Below, piece by piece: positions 30,829 to 40,545 of a stretch of 64,000 nucleotides of DNA. The notes under the pieces were generated by a model. The model was not told where the DNA came from, searched no databases, and worked only from the letters and a program-made list of their open reading frames with translations. Positions within the stretch are counted from its first letter, which is position 1; each line of letters begins with the position of its first letter. The DNA is from an uncultured Chloroflexia bacterium (GTDB taxonomy: Bacteria; Chloroflexota; Limnocylindria; Limnocylindrales; CSP1-4). The stretch is taken from assembly GCA_963734535.1 (NCBI GenBank), contig CAVTHS010000008.1:256001-320000 (forward strand), in the 5' to 3' direction. Made by a program: the position numbers and the translations under genes.

Positions 30829-31598
30829 GCGCGCTCGTCTTCGACTGCGACGGCGTGCTCGCCGACACGGAGCGCCACGGCCACCTGCCCGCCTTCAACC
30901 AGACCTTCCGGGAGTTCGGGCTGCCGGTGCAGTGGTCGGTCGAGGAATACGGCCGGCGCCTCAGGATCGGCGGCGGCAAGGAGCGCATGGCCAGCCTGCT
31001 CACGCCGGAGTTCGTGGCCGCGGCCGGCCTGCCCACGGACCCCGACGCGCAGGCCGCCGAGATCGCGAAGTGGCACAAGCGCAAGACGGCCATCTACACG
31101 GAGATGGTGGCGGAGGGCAAGCTTCCGCCGCGGCCCGGGATCCGCCGCGTGATCACGGCCGCCCAGGACGCGGGCTGGAAGCTGGGCGTCGCGTCGACCT
31201 CGGCCGAGGCCGCGGTCCACGCCATCCTCGACTACGCGGTCGGCCCCGAACGGGCTGCCCGCTTCGACGTCTTCCTCGCCGGCGACTGCGTTCCGCGCAA
31301 GAAGCCGGCGCCCGACATCTATCTCCTCGCGCTCGAGAAGCTCGGCGTCGGCCCGGCCGAGGTGCTCGTGGTCGAGGACTCGCGAAATGGCCTCGAGGCA
31401 GCCGCGGCGGCCGGCCTGCGCTGTCTCGTCACGGTCAACGGCTACACGGAGAACGAGGACTTCCGCGAGGCGATCCTCGTCGTGTCGTCGCTCGGCGACC
31501 CCGACGGGGAGACCACCACGCTCCTGGCCAACCGCTCGGCCGCCAATCCCGGCGCATACGTGGCGCTCGCCGACCTGGAGGCCTGCCTGGCCTCGTAG
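30825..31598 (+). CDS. CbbY-like HAD sugar-phosphate phosphatase
   Basis: [41 protein letters not shown]. Confidence 0.9.
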   Translation: MSALVFDCDGVLADTERHGHLPAFNQTFREFGLPVQWSVEEYGRRLRIGGGKERMASLLTPEFVAAAGLPTDPDAQAAEIAKWHKRKTAIYTEMVAEGKLPPRPGIRRVITAAQDAGWKLGVASTSAEAAVHAILDYAVGPERAARFDVFLAGDCVPRKKPAPDIYLLALEKLGVGPAEVLVVEDSRNGLEAAAAAGLRCLVTVNGYTENEDFREAILVVSSLGDPDGETTTLLANRSAANPGAYVALADLEACLAS

Positions 31599-31639
31599 CG
31601 CTCCCGGCAGCCCGCACCCAACCCAGAAGGGAGGCTCGC

Positions 31640-32299
31640 ATGGCACAAGCGTCGATCGACGATCTCGACCTCGTCCTCATGACGATGGCGAAGACGATCG
31701 TCGACAACGCGGACTACTTCGCGCACCTGGACTCGATCGTCGGGGACGGCGATTTCGGGTACTCGCTCCGGAACGGCTGGGAGGTCGTCCTCAGCGACTA
31801 CGACGGATTCGACCATTCCAGCGCGGGAGCGCTCCTCAAGAAGGTCGGCCTCACGCTGACCAGCAAGGTCGGCGGCGTCAGCGGACCGATCTGGGGCACC
31901 GCATTCCTTCGCGCCGGCGTTGCCGCGGGCGACAGGACGGAGCTCGCGCCCGAGGACGTGATCGCGATCCTGCGAGCAGCCATCACCGGGATCATGGCCC
32001 GCGGCGGAGCGTCGCTCGGCGAGAAGACCTTGCTCGACGCGCTCGTCCCGGCCACCGACAGCCTCGAGGCGGCGATCGGCGACCCGGCGCTCCAGGGCGA
32101 CCACGCGGCGGCCGCGCTCCAGCGAGCCGCCGACGTGGCCGTGAAGGCGGCCGAGGAGACGAAGGGCATGCTCGCGATGCGCGGCCGCGCCGCGTACACG
32201 GGCGAACGGAGCATCGGCTCCGTCGATGCCGGCGCAACGGCGATCGGCGTGATTCTCCAGGCAGTCAGCGCCGCTTGGCGCGAGAAGCACGGGAAGTGA
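31640..32299 (+). CDS. dhaL: Dihydroxyacetone kinase subunit L
   Basis: LDSIVGDGDFG, GGVSGPIWG, GEKTLLDAL, GRAAYTGERS, DAGA. Confidence 0.92.
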   Translation: MAQASIDDLDLVLMTMAKTIVDNADYFAHLDSIVGDGDFGYSLRNGWEVVLSDYDGFDHSSAGALLKKVGLTLTSKVGGVSGPIWGTAFLRAGVAAGDRTELAPEDVIAILRAAITGIMARGGASLGEKTLLDALVPATDSLEAAIGDPALQGDHAAAALQRAADVAVKAAEETKGMLAMRGRAAYTGERSIGSVDAGATAIGVILQAVSAAWREKHGK

Positions 32300-32309
32300 G
32301 GCAGAGCGC

Positions 32310-33305
32310 GTGAAGAAGTTCCTGAACGATCCGAAGCAGTTCGTCCCCGAGTTCCTGGAGGGCATCCAGCTCGCCAGCGACGGCGCACTCAAGTACGAGC
32401 CGAAGTACAACCTGATCTACCGCGCGGACGCTCCGAGCGACAACAAGGTCTCGATCATCCAGGGCTCAGGCTCGGGCCACGAGCCGGCGCACACGATGAT
32501 CGTCGGCAAGGGCATGCTCGACGCCGCCTGCCCGGGCGACGTCTTCGCCGGACCGCCGGTCGACTTCGTGGTCGAGACCTCGAAGCTCATGAACTCGAAG
32601 AAGGGCATCCTCCACATCGTCAACAACTACACCGGCGACAGGGCCGCGTTCGAGATGGGCCGCGAGCTCTGCGAGGCCGAGGGTCTGCGGATCGAGACCC
32701 TGCTCGTCAACGACGATGTGGCCGTCAAGGACTCGACCTGGACCGTTGGCCGGCGCGGCGTCGCGGGCAACTTCTTCGTGATCAAGGCCGTCGGGGCAGC
32801 CGCCGAGAAGGGCGCCGACCTCGACGAGCTCATGCGCATCGGGAACAAGGTCGTCGCCAACGTCCGCACGATGGGCATCGCGCTCAGCTCGTGCACGCCG
32901 CCGACCCGCGGCACGCCGCTCTTCGAGATCGCCGAGGACGAGATGGAAGTCGGCATCGGGATCCACGGGGAGCCCGGCCGGCAGCGGACGAAGCTGGTCC
33001 CCGCGACCGAGATCGTGGACCTGCTCCTCAACGCGATCGTCCCCGACCTGCCGTTCAAGGACGGCGACGAGGTCGCCCTCATGATCAACGGCCTGGGCGG
33101 CACCACGATCGCCGAGCTCTACCTCCTCTACGGCATTGCCCACAAGAAGCTGGCCGCGAAGGGCATCAAGGTCTTCCGCAGCTACGTCGGCGAGTACTGC
33201 ACCTCGCTCGAGATGGCCGGCGCGCACATCTCGATCCTCAAGGTGGATGACGAGATCAAGGACCTGCTCCTCGCCCCGGCGGACGTGTCGTACCGCGTCT
33301 TCTGA
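32310..33305 (+). CDS. dhaK: Dihydroxyacetone kinase subunit K
   Basis: GSGSGHEP, NYTGD, DDVAV, GRRGVAG, GIGIHGEPG, NGLGGT, TSLEMAG. Confidence 0.93.
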   Translation: MKKFLNDPKQFVPEFLEGIQLASDGALKYEPKYNLIYRADAPSDNKVSIIQGSGSGHEPAHTMIVGKGMLDAACPGDVFAGPPVDFVVETSKLMNSKKGILHIVNNYTGDRAAFEMGRELCEAEGLRIETLLVNDDVAVKDSTWTVGRRGVAGNFFVIKAVGAAAEKGADLDELMRIGNKVVANVRTMGIALSSCTPPTRGTPLFEIAEDEMEVGIGIHGEPGRQRTKLVPATEIVDLLLNAIVPDLPFKDGDEVALMINGLGGTTIAELYLLYGIAHKKLAAKGIKVFRSYVGEYCTSLEMAGAHISILKVDDEIKDLLLAPADVSYRVF

Positions 33306-33316
33306 TCCCGGCAGAT

Positions 33317-33348
33317 CGAAGGGGCCGGCCCGGCGGCCGGCCCCTTCG
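33317..33348. terminator. Terminator hairpin between convergent genes
   Basis: CGAAGGGGCCGGCC-CGGC-GGCCGGCCCCTTCG. Confidence 0.7.
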
Positions 33349-33361
33349 CCGTTCGTTCGCG

Positions 33362-33682
33362 CTACCACGTCCCGGCGGGGCGCCGGACCGGATCGCGGCC
33401 CAGCTGCCCGGCGGGAAGATGCGCTTCCAGGCAGACCACCCCGGCAGGGCCCACCACGGCGTCGTGGTCCACGCCGGCCGGCAGCTCCAGTCGATCGCCG
33501 GCGTCGAGCGGAATCGTGCCGGCACGTCTGGGGAGCCCGAACGTGATCGAGCCCTGGACGCAGACGATGACCTTGTCGTAGCCGTGCCGGTGGGCCGCAT
33601 ACACGTCGCCCGGTCCGTTCCGCCACGTACCCGGCGCGAGGCTCTCGGCGCGCAGGCGCGCCGAGAGGTCCGGCTCCCCCAT
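33362..33682 (-). CDS. Cupin domain protein
   Basis: YAAHRHGYDK...GSITF...AGDRLELPAGVDHDAVVG. Confidence 0.85.
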   Translation of the reverse strand: MGEPDLSARLRAESLAPGTWRNGPGDVYAAHRHGYDKVIVCVQGSITFGLPRRAGTIPLDAGDRLELPAGVDHDAVVGPAGVVCLEAHLPAGQLGRDPVRRPAGTW

Positions 33683-33695
33683 CGCCGTGCCGCTC

Positions 33696-34949
33696 CTAGG
33701 CGACCGAGACGCCGATCACGTGCCCGACGAGGTACGTGATGGCTGCCGCCGCCGCGCCCAGGCCCACCTGGCGGAAGCCCGAGAAGAGCAGGCTGCGGCC
33801 GGTCAGGAGGCTGACCAGCGACCCCACCAGGAACAGGGCCGCGAGGCTCGCCACGAAGCTCGTCACGAAGATGACCGTGCCACCGCCAAACAGGTACGGG
33901 ATCACGGGCACGATCGCACCGAGGCAGAAAGCCAGGAAGGATCCCCCGGCGGCCGCCCACGGCGAGCCGAGCTGCTTCGGATCGAGGCCGAGCTCCTCGC
34001 GGACCATCGTGTCGAGCGCGGTCGCCGGATCCTCGAAGACCTTGTCCGCGATGTGGCGCGCGTCCACCTCCGGGATCCCCTTGGTCACGTAGATCGCGAC
34101 GAGCTCCTCCTTCTCCTCCTCCGGGATCGCCTCGAGCTCCGCTCGCTCCAGCGCGATCTGGCGCTGGAGCACCTCGCGCTGCGACTGGACGGAGATGTAC
34201 TCGCCGGCGGCCATGCTCGCCGCGCCGGCAAGGAGGCCAGCGATGCCCGACAGGAGGATGAACTTGGTCTGGTCCGTGGCGCCGGCGATGCCCATCACGA
34301 GCGAGAGGTTGCTCACCAGCCCGTCGCTGGCCCCGAAGACGACCGCCCGGAGCGTTCCCGCGCCGCCGCGGTGCCAGCGCTCCGCGCGCGCGATCTCGTC
34401 CGGCGTCCGCGCGACGCGAGCGCGGCGGACATCGTCGACGCTGGTCGCCGCCGCCATCCCGGCACCCGACGGCGCCGCGGGGACCGGCGTCGGGGTCACC
34501 TCCCCGCCGGTGGGTGCCGTCCCGGCCGCCGGGTCCGCCCGGAGCTGCTCCCACATCTCGGCATGCGCGCGCTCATCGGCGGCGATCGCCTCCGCCTCGC
34601 GCGATGGGGGCCGGCTGGCGTAGATCCGCTCTTCCTCGCCCTCCAGGCCGACCACGAGGTCGTGGACCGCGTTCGTCCCGAAGAGTCGGGCGAGCAGGAT
34701 GATGAAGCGGACCCGGGCCCTCGGCCGGGCCGGCGGCGGGACCTCCGCACCAAGGGTCCGCAGGCGGTCGGCCCAGATGCCGGCGTGGCGCCGCTCGTTG
34801 CCCGCGATGATCCGGAAGGTCTCGGCGCGCCGGGGGTCCTTCTCGATCGCGCTCAGGGCCTCGTAGAGCGCCAGCGCATCCTGTTCCAGGCGCAGGTTGG
34901 CGAGGCTTTCGGCGTGGTCCGCGGGGCGCGGGGCGACGGGTGGGTTCAT
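33696..34949 (-). CDS. VIT1/CCC1 metal transporter with N-terminal rubrerythrin-like domain
   Basis: E..H motifs (ERRHA, ERAHA), LRAVVFGASDGLVSN, SMAAGEYISVQSQ, REELG. Confidence 0.9.
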   Translation of the reverse strand: MNPPVAPRPADHAESLANLRLEQDALALYEALSAIEKDPRRAETFRIIAGNERRHAGIWADRLRTLGAEVPPPARPRARVRFIILLARLFGTNAVHDLVVGLEGEEERIYASRPPSREAEAIAADERAHAEMWEQLRADPAAGTAPTGGEVTPTPVPAAPSGAGMAAATSVDDVRRARVARTPDEIARAERWHRGGAGTLRAVVFGASDGLVSNLSLVMGIAGATDQTKFILLSGIAGLLAGAASMAAGEYISVQSQREVLQRQIALERAELEAIPEEEKEELVAIYVTKGIPEVDARHIADKVFEDPATALDTMVREELGLDPKQLGSPWAAAGGSFLAFCLGAIVPVIPYLFGGGTVIFVTSFVASLAALFLVGSLVSLLTGRSLLFSGFRQVGLGAAAAAITYLVGHVIGVSVA

Positions 34950-35055
34950 GGCGGCATCGTACCAATGGCCCGCTGGCGCGGTGGGGCTCCGTGCTATCGT
35001 CGCGCCCGGACGCCGCGACGAAATGCGCGCGACGGCACAGGGGGAGCTTCGGGCC

Positions 35056-36051
35056 GTGACGACGCGAGCCATCCGATACCTCGCCGCGGCGGACGTCATC
35101 GCGTGCATGCCCTCGCTGGCGGATCGGCTCCGGCTGGCCGAGCGAACGCTGATCGGCCTCGCGACCGGCGCCCAGCTGCCCGCCAAGATCGGGGTCCACC
35201 CGCGCCCGGCCGACAGCTTCGTCCACGCCATGCCCGCCCACCTGCGCGGCGAGGCCGAGGACGGGTCGGAGGACCTCATCGGCATGAAGTGGATCGCCGG
35301 GTTCCCCGCCAACGGCCTGGCCGGCCTGCCCGCCCTCCACGGCCTGGTGGTGGTCAACGACCCGCGGACGGGCATCCCGCTCGCCATCCTGGACGGCGGC
35401 CCGATCACCTCCCAGCGCACGGCCGCGGTCTCCGGCGTCGCCATCGGCCGGTGGTCACCACCCGTGGCCGGCCGGCCGCCCCGCGCAGCGATCATCGGGG
35501 CCGGCGCCCAGGGACGCGCCCACGTCCCGGTGCTCGGACACCTGCTGCCCGGCGTCGACCTCGCGATCCACGACCGGCTGCCCGAGCGAGCGGCCGCGCT
35601 TGCGGCCGAGGCGACGGGAGTCCCGGGCATCGGCGCCGCCCGCGCGATCCGCGACCCGCGCGCCGCCGTCGCGGAGGCGGACGTCGTCGTGACGTGCGTC
35701 TCCTTCGGCCCGGTCCGCCAGGTGATGGACTCCGGCTGGTTCGCGCCTGGCGCGCTCATCGTGGCGGTCGACTACGCCACCTCGGTCGCGGCGGACGTGC
35801 CGGTGAACGCCGCCCTCTTCCTCACCGACGAGCGTGGCCAGCTCATCGCGAACCGGGACGCGGGGCTCTTCGACGGCTACCCGGATCCGGACGCCACGCT
35901 CGGTGAGGCAATCCTGGCCGGGACGCCGCGTCCGGCGAGCGGGCGCGTCCTCGTCACGCACCTCGGCGTCGGCCTGGCCGACCTGGTCTTCGCGGACGCG
36001 ATCCTGCGCGCGGCGGAGGTCCGCGGGGCCGGCACGCTCCTGCCCGGGTAG
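35056..36051 (+). CDS. Ornithine cyclodeaminase/mu-crystallin family
   Basis: HAMPA, GMKWI, ITSQRTAAVS, IIGAGAQG, GVGLADL. Confidence 0.88.
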   Translation: MTTRAIRYLAAADVIACMPSLADRLRLAERTLIGLATGAQLPAKIGVHPRPADSFVHAMPAHLRGEAEDGSEDLIGMKWIAGFPANGLAGLPALHGLVVVNDPRTGIPLAILDGGPITSQRTAAVSGVAIGRWSPPVAGRPPRAAIIGAGAQGRAHVPVLGHLLPGVDLAIHDRLPERAAALAAEATGVPGIGAARAIRDPRAAVAEADVVVTCVSFGPVRQVMDSGWFAPGALIVAVDYATSVAADVPVNAALFLTDERGQLIANRDAGLFDGYPDPDATLGEAILAGTPRPASGRVLVTHLGVGLADLVFADAILRAAEVRGAGTLLPG

Positions 36052-36115
36052 GGCACACTTCGACGCACCGTGGTACCCGCTGGGGGACACGGCCCGGCGT
36101 TCCAGGGAGGGAGTG

Positions 36116-38789
36116 GTGCGCATCCTCGGTCGCCTGCTGGCGGGCCTGCTCATCGTGGTGCTCATCGCGCTCGTCGCCGCCGGCGGCCTGCTCGCGTGGG
36201 TGGGCGCCCGCGCCCTGCCCCAGGCCACCGGCACGCTGCGGGTCGCCGGGCTTGCCGCGCCGGTCACGGTCTACCGCGACGCGGCCGGGATCGCCCAGAT
36301 CGTGGCCGACTCCCCGGACGACCTCTTCTTCGCGCAGGGGTTCGTCCACGCATCGGAGCGGATGTGGCAGATGGAGGTCTTCCGGCACATCGGGAGCGGC
36401 CGGCTCGCGGAGCTGTTCGGGAAGAGCCAGCTGGACACGGACCGGTTGATCAGGACGCTGGGCTGGCGACAGGCGGCGGAGCGCGACCTGGCGGCGGCCC
36501 CGGATGACGTCCGGCGCGCGCTCGACCGGTACGCCGCGGGTGTCAACGCGTGGATCGCCGGGCAGCAGGGCAGGATGCCGCTGGCGTTCGTGGTCGCGGG
36601 CCTCCAGGCGGGAGCCGGCGCCGGCCTCGGCGGCTATACCCCGGAGCCGTGGCAGCCCATCGACTCGGTGGTGTTCGGCAAGCTCCAGGCCTGGAGCCTG
36701 GGAGGGAACCTCCGTGCCGAGATCTTCCGCGTCCTGAGCGACGCCCGGCTCGGCAGCCCGGCCCTGACCGACGTGCTGGCGCCGGCGCTCGGGACGGACG
36801 GCCCGGTGACCGTGCCCACGGGCGCTGCCGGGTCGTTCGGGGCGGGCTCGAAGCTGCCGCTCGCGACCGGCGGCGGCCTGACCGTGAGCTTCGGCCCAAC
36901 GCTGGGCACCGGAAGCGCCGCGGGCGCCGGGAGCGCCGCGGCCGCCGCCGTAGCGTCGACCCCGAGCCCCGCGGCCGTCGCCGGCCTCCTCCGCATCGAC
37001 GCGGTCGCATCCGGGATCGGGGAGCTCGCCGGGCTCGACACGTCCGACACCGCGTTCGGCCACCCGGGCGATCGGCTCCAACGACTGGGTCGTGGCGCCG
37101 TCGAAGAGCGCGAGCGGCCACGCGCTGCTCGCGAACGACCCCCACCTCGGGATCCAGATGCCCAGCATCTGGTACATGAACGGGCTGCGCTGCCGGACCG
37201 TCTCGGCCGCCTGCCCGTTCGACGTGCAGGGCGTCAGCTTCCCGGGCGTTCCGGCCGTGATCCTGGGCCACAACGCGAAGATCGCGTGGGGCGCAACGAA
37301 CGTTGGCCCGGACGTCGAGGACCTCTTCGTGGAGACGCCCGATCCGAAGAACGCCGCGAACTACCTGTACAAGGGGGCGTCGCTGCCGTATACGACCCGC
37401 CAGGAGACGATCAAGGTCGCGGGCGGCGATGCGGTCACGATCACCGTCCGCGAGACCATCCACGGACCTATCCTCTCGGACGTCGACGACGACCTGAAGG
37501 CGACCGGCACGCTGTACGCGCTGCGGTGGGCCGGGACGGCGGCGCCTGACGGGCTGCTCGAGTCGTTCTTCCGCCTCGACACGGCCGGATCGTTCGACGA
37601 GTTCCGGGCCGCGCTGCGGACCTACGGGGCGCCGTCGCAGAACTTCGTCTACGCCGACGTCGCGGGGAACATCGGGTACCAGGTGCCGGGCCACATCCCC
37701 ACCCGACCCAAGGGCGACCTGGGTGATCGCCCGGTCGACGGTGCCTCCGGCGCCCATGACTGGACCGGCTGGATCCCGTTCGACGACCTGCCGGGCTCGC
37801 TCAACCCGCCGGACGGCATCATCGTCACCGCCAACAACGCCGCCGTGGACGCCCGCTACCCGTACCTGATCGGGCGCGAATGGGACCCGGGCTGGCGCGC
37901 CACGCGGATCCGGCAGCTCCTCGACGAGGCGGTCAAGCGCGGCGGCGTCACGCGTGACGATCTCTCTGCGATCCAGACCGACACGCGCCTGCTGCGCGCC
38001 GATGCGGTCATCCCGGCGCTCCTCGCCGCACGTCCGACGAGCGCGGACGGCAGGCTGGTCCAGGACCTGATCCGATCGTGGGATCGGCGCTGCGACCTCG
38101 ACAGCCGCGGTTGCAGCGCCTACGAGGTGGCCGAATGGCGCCTGATGCGGTCGATCTACGACCCCTGGCTCGGCGTCCTTGCGCCGCGCTACGTCGGCTC
38201 CCCGCATTCCAGGGTCGCGCTGCGCGCCCTTCTCGCGAACCCCGGCGCGGTCTTCTGGGACGACCCGAACACGACCGCCGTCGAGACGCTCGAGGAGCGG
38301 GTCGCGGGCGCACTCGACGCGGCGGGCAGCGAGCTTCGCACGGCGCTGGGCGACCCGAGCCGCTGGGCCTGGGGACGCCTGCACCGGACCACGTTCCGGG
38401 AGCAGACGCTCGGCGAGAGCGGGATCGGCCCGCTCGAGGCGTACTTCGACATGGGCCCGTACGGAGCGCCAGGGACCAGCGACGCGGTCGACAACATCAC
38501 GACCACGCTCGGCGCGTGGTACCCGGACCCGAAGAAGCCCGACGCGAAGCCGGGCACGCTCTTCGACGCGTTCGCGGCCTCCACGATCCCGTCATACCGC
38601 CTGGCGATCGACATGGGAGACCTGGACGGTGCGCGGATCATCCAGACGACCGGGCAGAGCGGCAACCCCCTGGACCGCCACTACGGCGACCTCATCGACG
38701 ACTGGCTCGCGGGCCGGACGCTCCCCTTCCCGTTCACGCCGGACGCCGTCCGGAGGGCGGCGGTCACGACCCTGACCCTCGCACCGTGA
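36116..38789 (+). CDS. Penicillin acylase family Ntn-hydrolase; indel near 37065
   Basis: RDAAGIAQI, FAQGFVHASERMWQM, IGSNDWVV (catalytic Ser), ANDPHL, PSIWY, GHN, TANN, GQSGNP; N-terminal TM anchor. Confidence 0.9.
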
Positions 38790-40051
38790 ACGACCCGGCG
38801 CCGGCGAACCCGGCGGACCTGCCGACGAGCTCCGACGTGTGCGTGGTCGGAGCGGGCGTCATGGGCGCCTGGACCGCGTTCTGGGCGCAGGCCGGAGGCG
38901 CCGGGCCGGACGAGGACTGGGGCGGCGGCCGAAGCGTGACGCTCCTCGACGCATGGGGCGCGGGGCACCTGCGCGCCACGTCGTCCGACGAGCACCGGAT
39001 CATCCGGAGCGCCCACGGCGAGGATCGCTTCTACGCGCGCTGGGCCCGCCGCGCGCTCCGCCACTGGGAACGATTCGAGGAGGAGTGGGGAGTCCGCCTC
39101 TTCCACCGCTCGGGCGTTCTCTGGTTCTCCGCGTCCGATGTCGGCTGGGAGGCCGATTCCGAGGCGACCCTGCGATCGCTGGGGATCCCGGTCGAACGGC
39201 TCGATCCCGCCGAGGTCGCGACCCGATGGCCGGTGATCGATCCGGCTGGCTCCGCCTTCGGCGTGTTCGAGCCGGAGGCCGGCTTCCTGATGGCGCGGCG
39301 CGGGGTGGCGGCGACGGTCGCCGCGTTCCAGCGCGCGGGCGGCGCCTATGCCCTGGCGGCCGTGCGGCCGGGCCGGTCGGAGGGCGGCCGCCTCCTCGAC
39401 GTCGTGGACCAGTCGGGCCGCCGCTGGAGCGCCGGCTCGTTCGTCTTCGCGGCCGGGCCATGGCTGCCGAAGCTCTTCCCCGACGTCGTGGGGGACCTGG
39501 TCGCCGTGACGCGCCAGCCGGTCTTCTACCTCGGCCCCGGTGAGGGCGATTCGCGCTGGCGCTGGGACGTCCTGCCCGCGTGGTCGGACGACGCGGGCGG
39601 CTGCTATGGCATCCCGAGCGTCGACGAGCGGGGGTTCAAGATCGGCATCGACCGGGTCGGGCCGCGCTTCGACCCGTCCAACGGCGAGCGGATCACGGAC
39701 CCCGACGACCTGCGCCTCGCCCGCGCGTACCTGCGCCGGCGATTCCCAGGGCTCGCCGAGCGGCCCGTCCTCGAGACGCGGGTCTGCCAGTACGAGTCGA
39801 CGCCCGATCGCCACTTCCTCATCGACCGGCACCCGGCCTGGGAGAACGTGTGGCTGGTCGGCGGCGGTTCCGGCCACGGGTTCAAGCACGGGCCGCGCAT
39901 CGGCGAGTACGTGGTGGGGCGCCTGGACGGGCTGCCGATCGGCGGCCAGGACGGCAGCGACGAGGAGCGCTTCCGGCTGGGTCCGCGCGTGGCGACACGC
40001 GGCCCGCACCTGGCCTCGGACGCGGTCGTGGGGTCCTGGCCGCTCTTCTGA
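38786..40051 (+). CDS. FAD-dependent amine oxidase (sarcosine/pipecolate oxidase family)
   Basis: VVGAGVMG, SSDEHRIIR, AAGPW, CQYESTPDRHFLID, GSGHGFKHGP. Confidence 0.88.
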   Translation: MNDPAPANPADLPTSSDVCVVGAGVMGAWTAFWAQAGGAGPDEDWGGGRSVTLLDAWGAGHLRATSSDEHRIIRSAHGEDRFYARWARRALRHWERFEEEWGVRLFHRSGVLWFSASDVGWEADSEATLRSLGIPVERLDPAEVATRWPVIDPAGSAFGVFEPEAGFLMARRGVAATVAAFQRAGGAYALAAVRPGRSEGGRLLDVVDQSGRRWSAGSFVFAAGPWLPKLFPDVVGDLVAVTRQPVFYLGPGEGDSRWRWDVLPAWSDDAGGCYGIPSVDERGFKIGIDRVGPRFDPSNGERITDPDDLRLARAYLRRRFPGLAERPVLETRVCQYESTPDRHFLIDRHPAWENVWLVGGGSGHGFKHGPRIGEYVVGRLDGLPIGGQDGSDEERFRLGPRVATRGPHLASDAVVGSWPLF

Positions 40052-40147
40052 CGCCGCGGGCATGCAGGCAGGGCTGGTGCACCCGGACCGCGCGCCCCCC
40101 GGGCCAGGCCTCTCGCCGCAGCCTGCCCGGCGTGGGTCCGCCGAGCG

Positions 40148-40533
40148 CTACCCCGGGAACTCGATGATCAGCCGGCCGTCCGCGACGGTGACGGGGTAGA
40201 CCGCGAGCGGCTCGTCCGCGGGAGGGTCCAGCGCGTCGCCGGAGTCGAGGTCGAACCGCGAGAGGTGGAGCGCGCACGTCAGCGAGCCGTCCGTCAGGAA
40301 GCCCTTGTCCAGCTCGAAGTACTCGTGGCTGCAGATGCCCTGGACCGCGTGGAATGCGCCGTCCACGTTGACCACGAGGACGGGCTCCGTGCCGTCCACC
40401 CAGGTCATCAGCATCGTCCCGGGTTCCACGTCCGCGGCCGCGCCCACGTCCACGCGACTGGCGCGCCGGCCGCTCCAAGCACCGCCCCGTCCGTCGCGTC
40501 GACCGCCGCCCCGACCGGCAGCTCGGCACTCAT
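40148..40533 (-). CDS. Rieske [2Fe-2S] ferredoxin (5' end frameshifted)
   Basis: CSH...CALH...FDL..G. Confidence 0.85.
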
Positions 40534-40545
40534 GCCGTCACGCGA

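Noticed and set aside
29976-31598. Aldolase-HAD fusion protein (540 aa in the ORF track)
   Set aside because: It is an artefact of the indel near 30520. The aldolase C-terminus and stop are in another frame (ending 30828).
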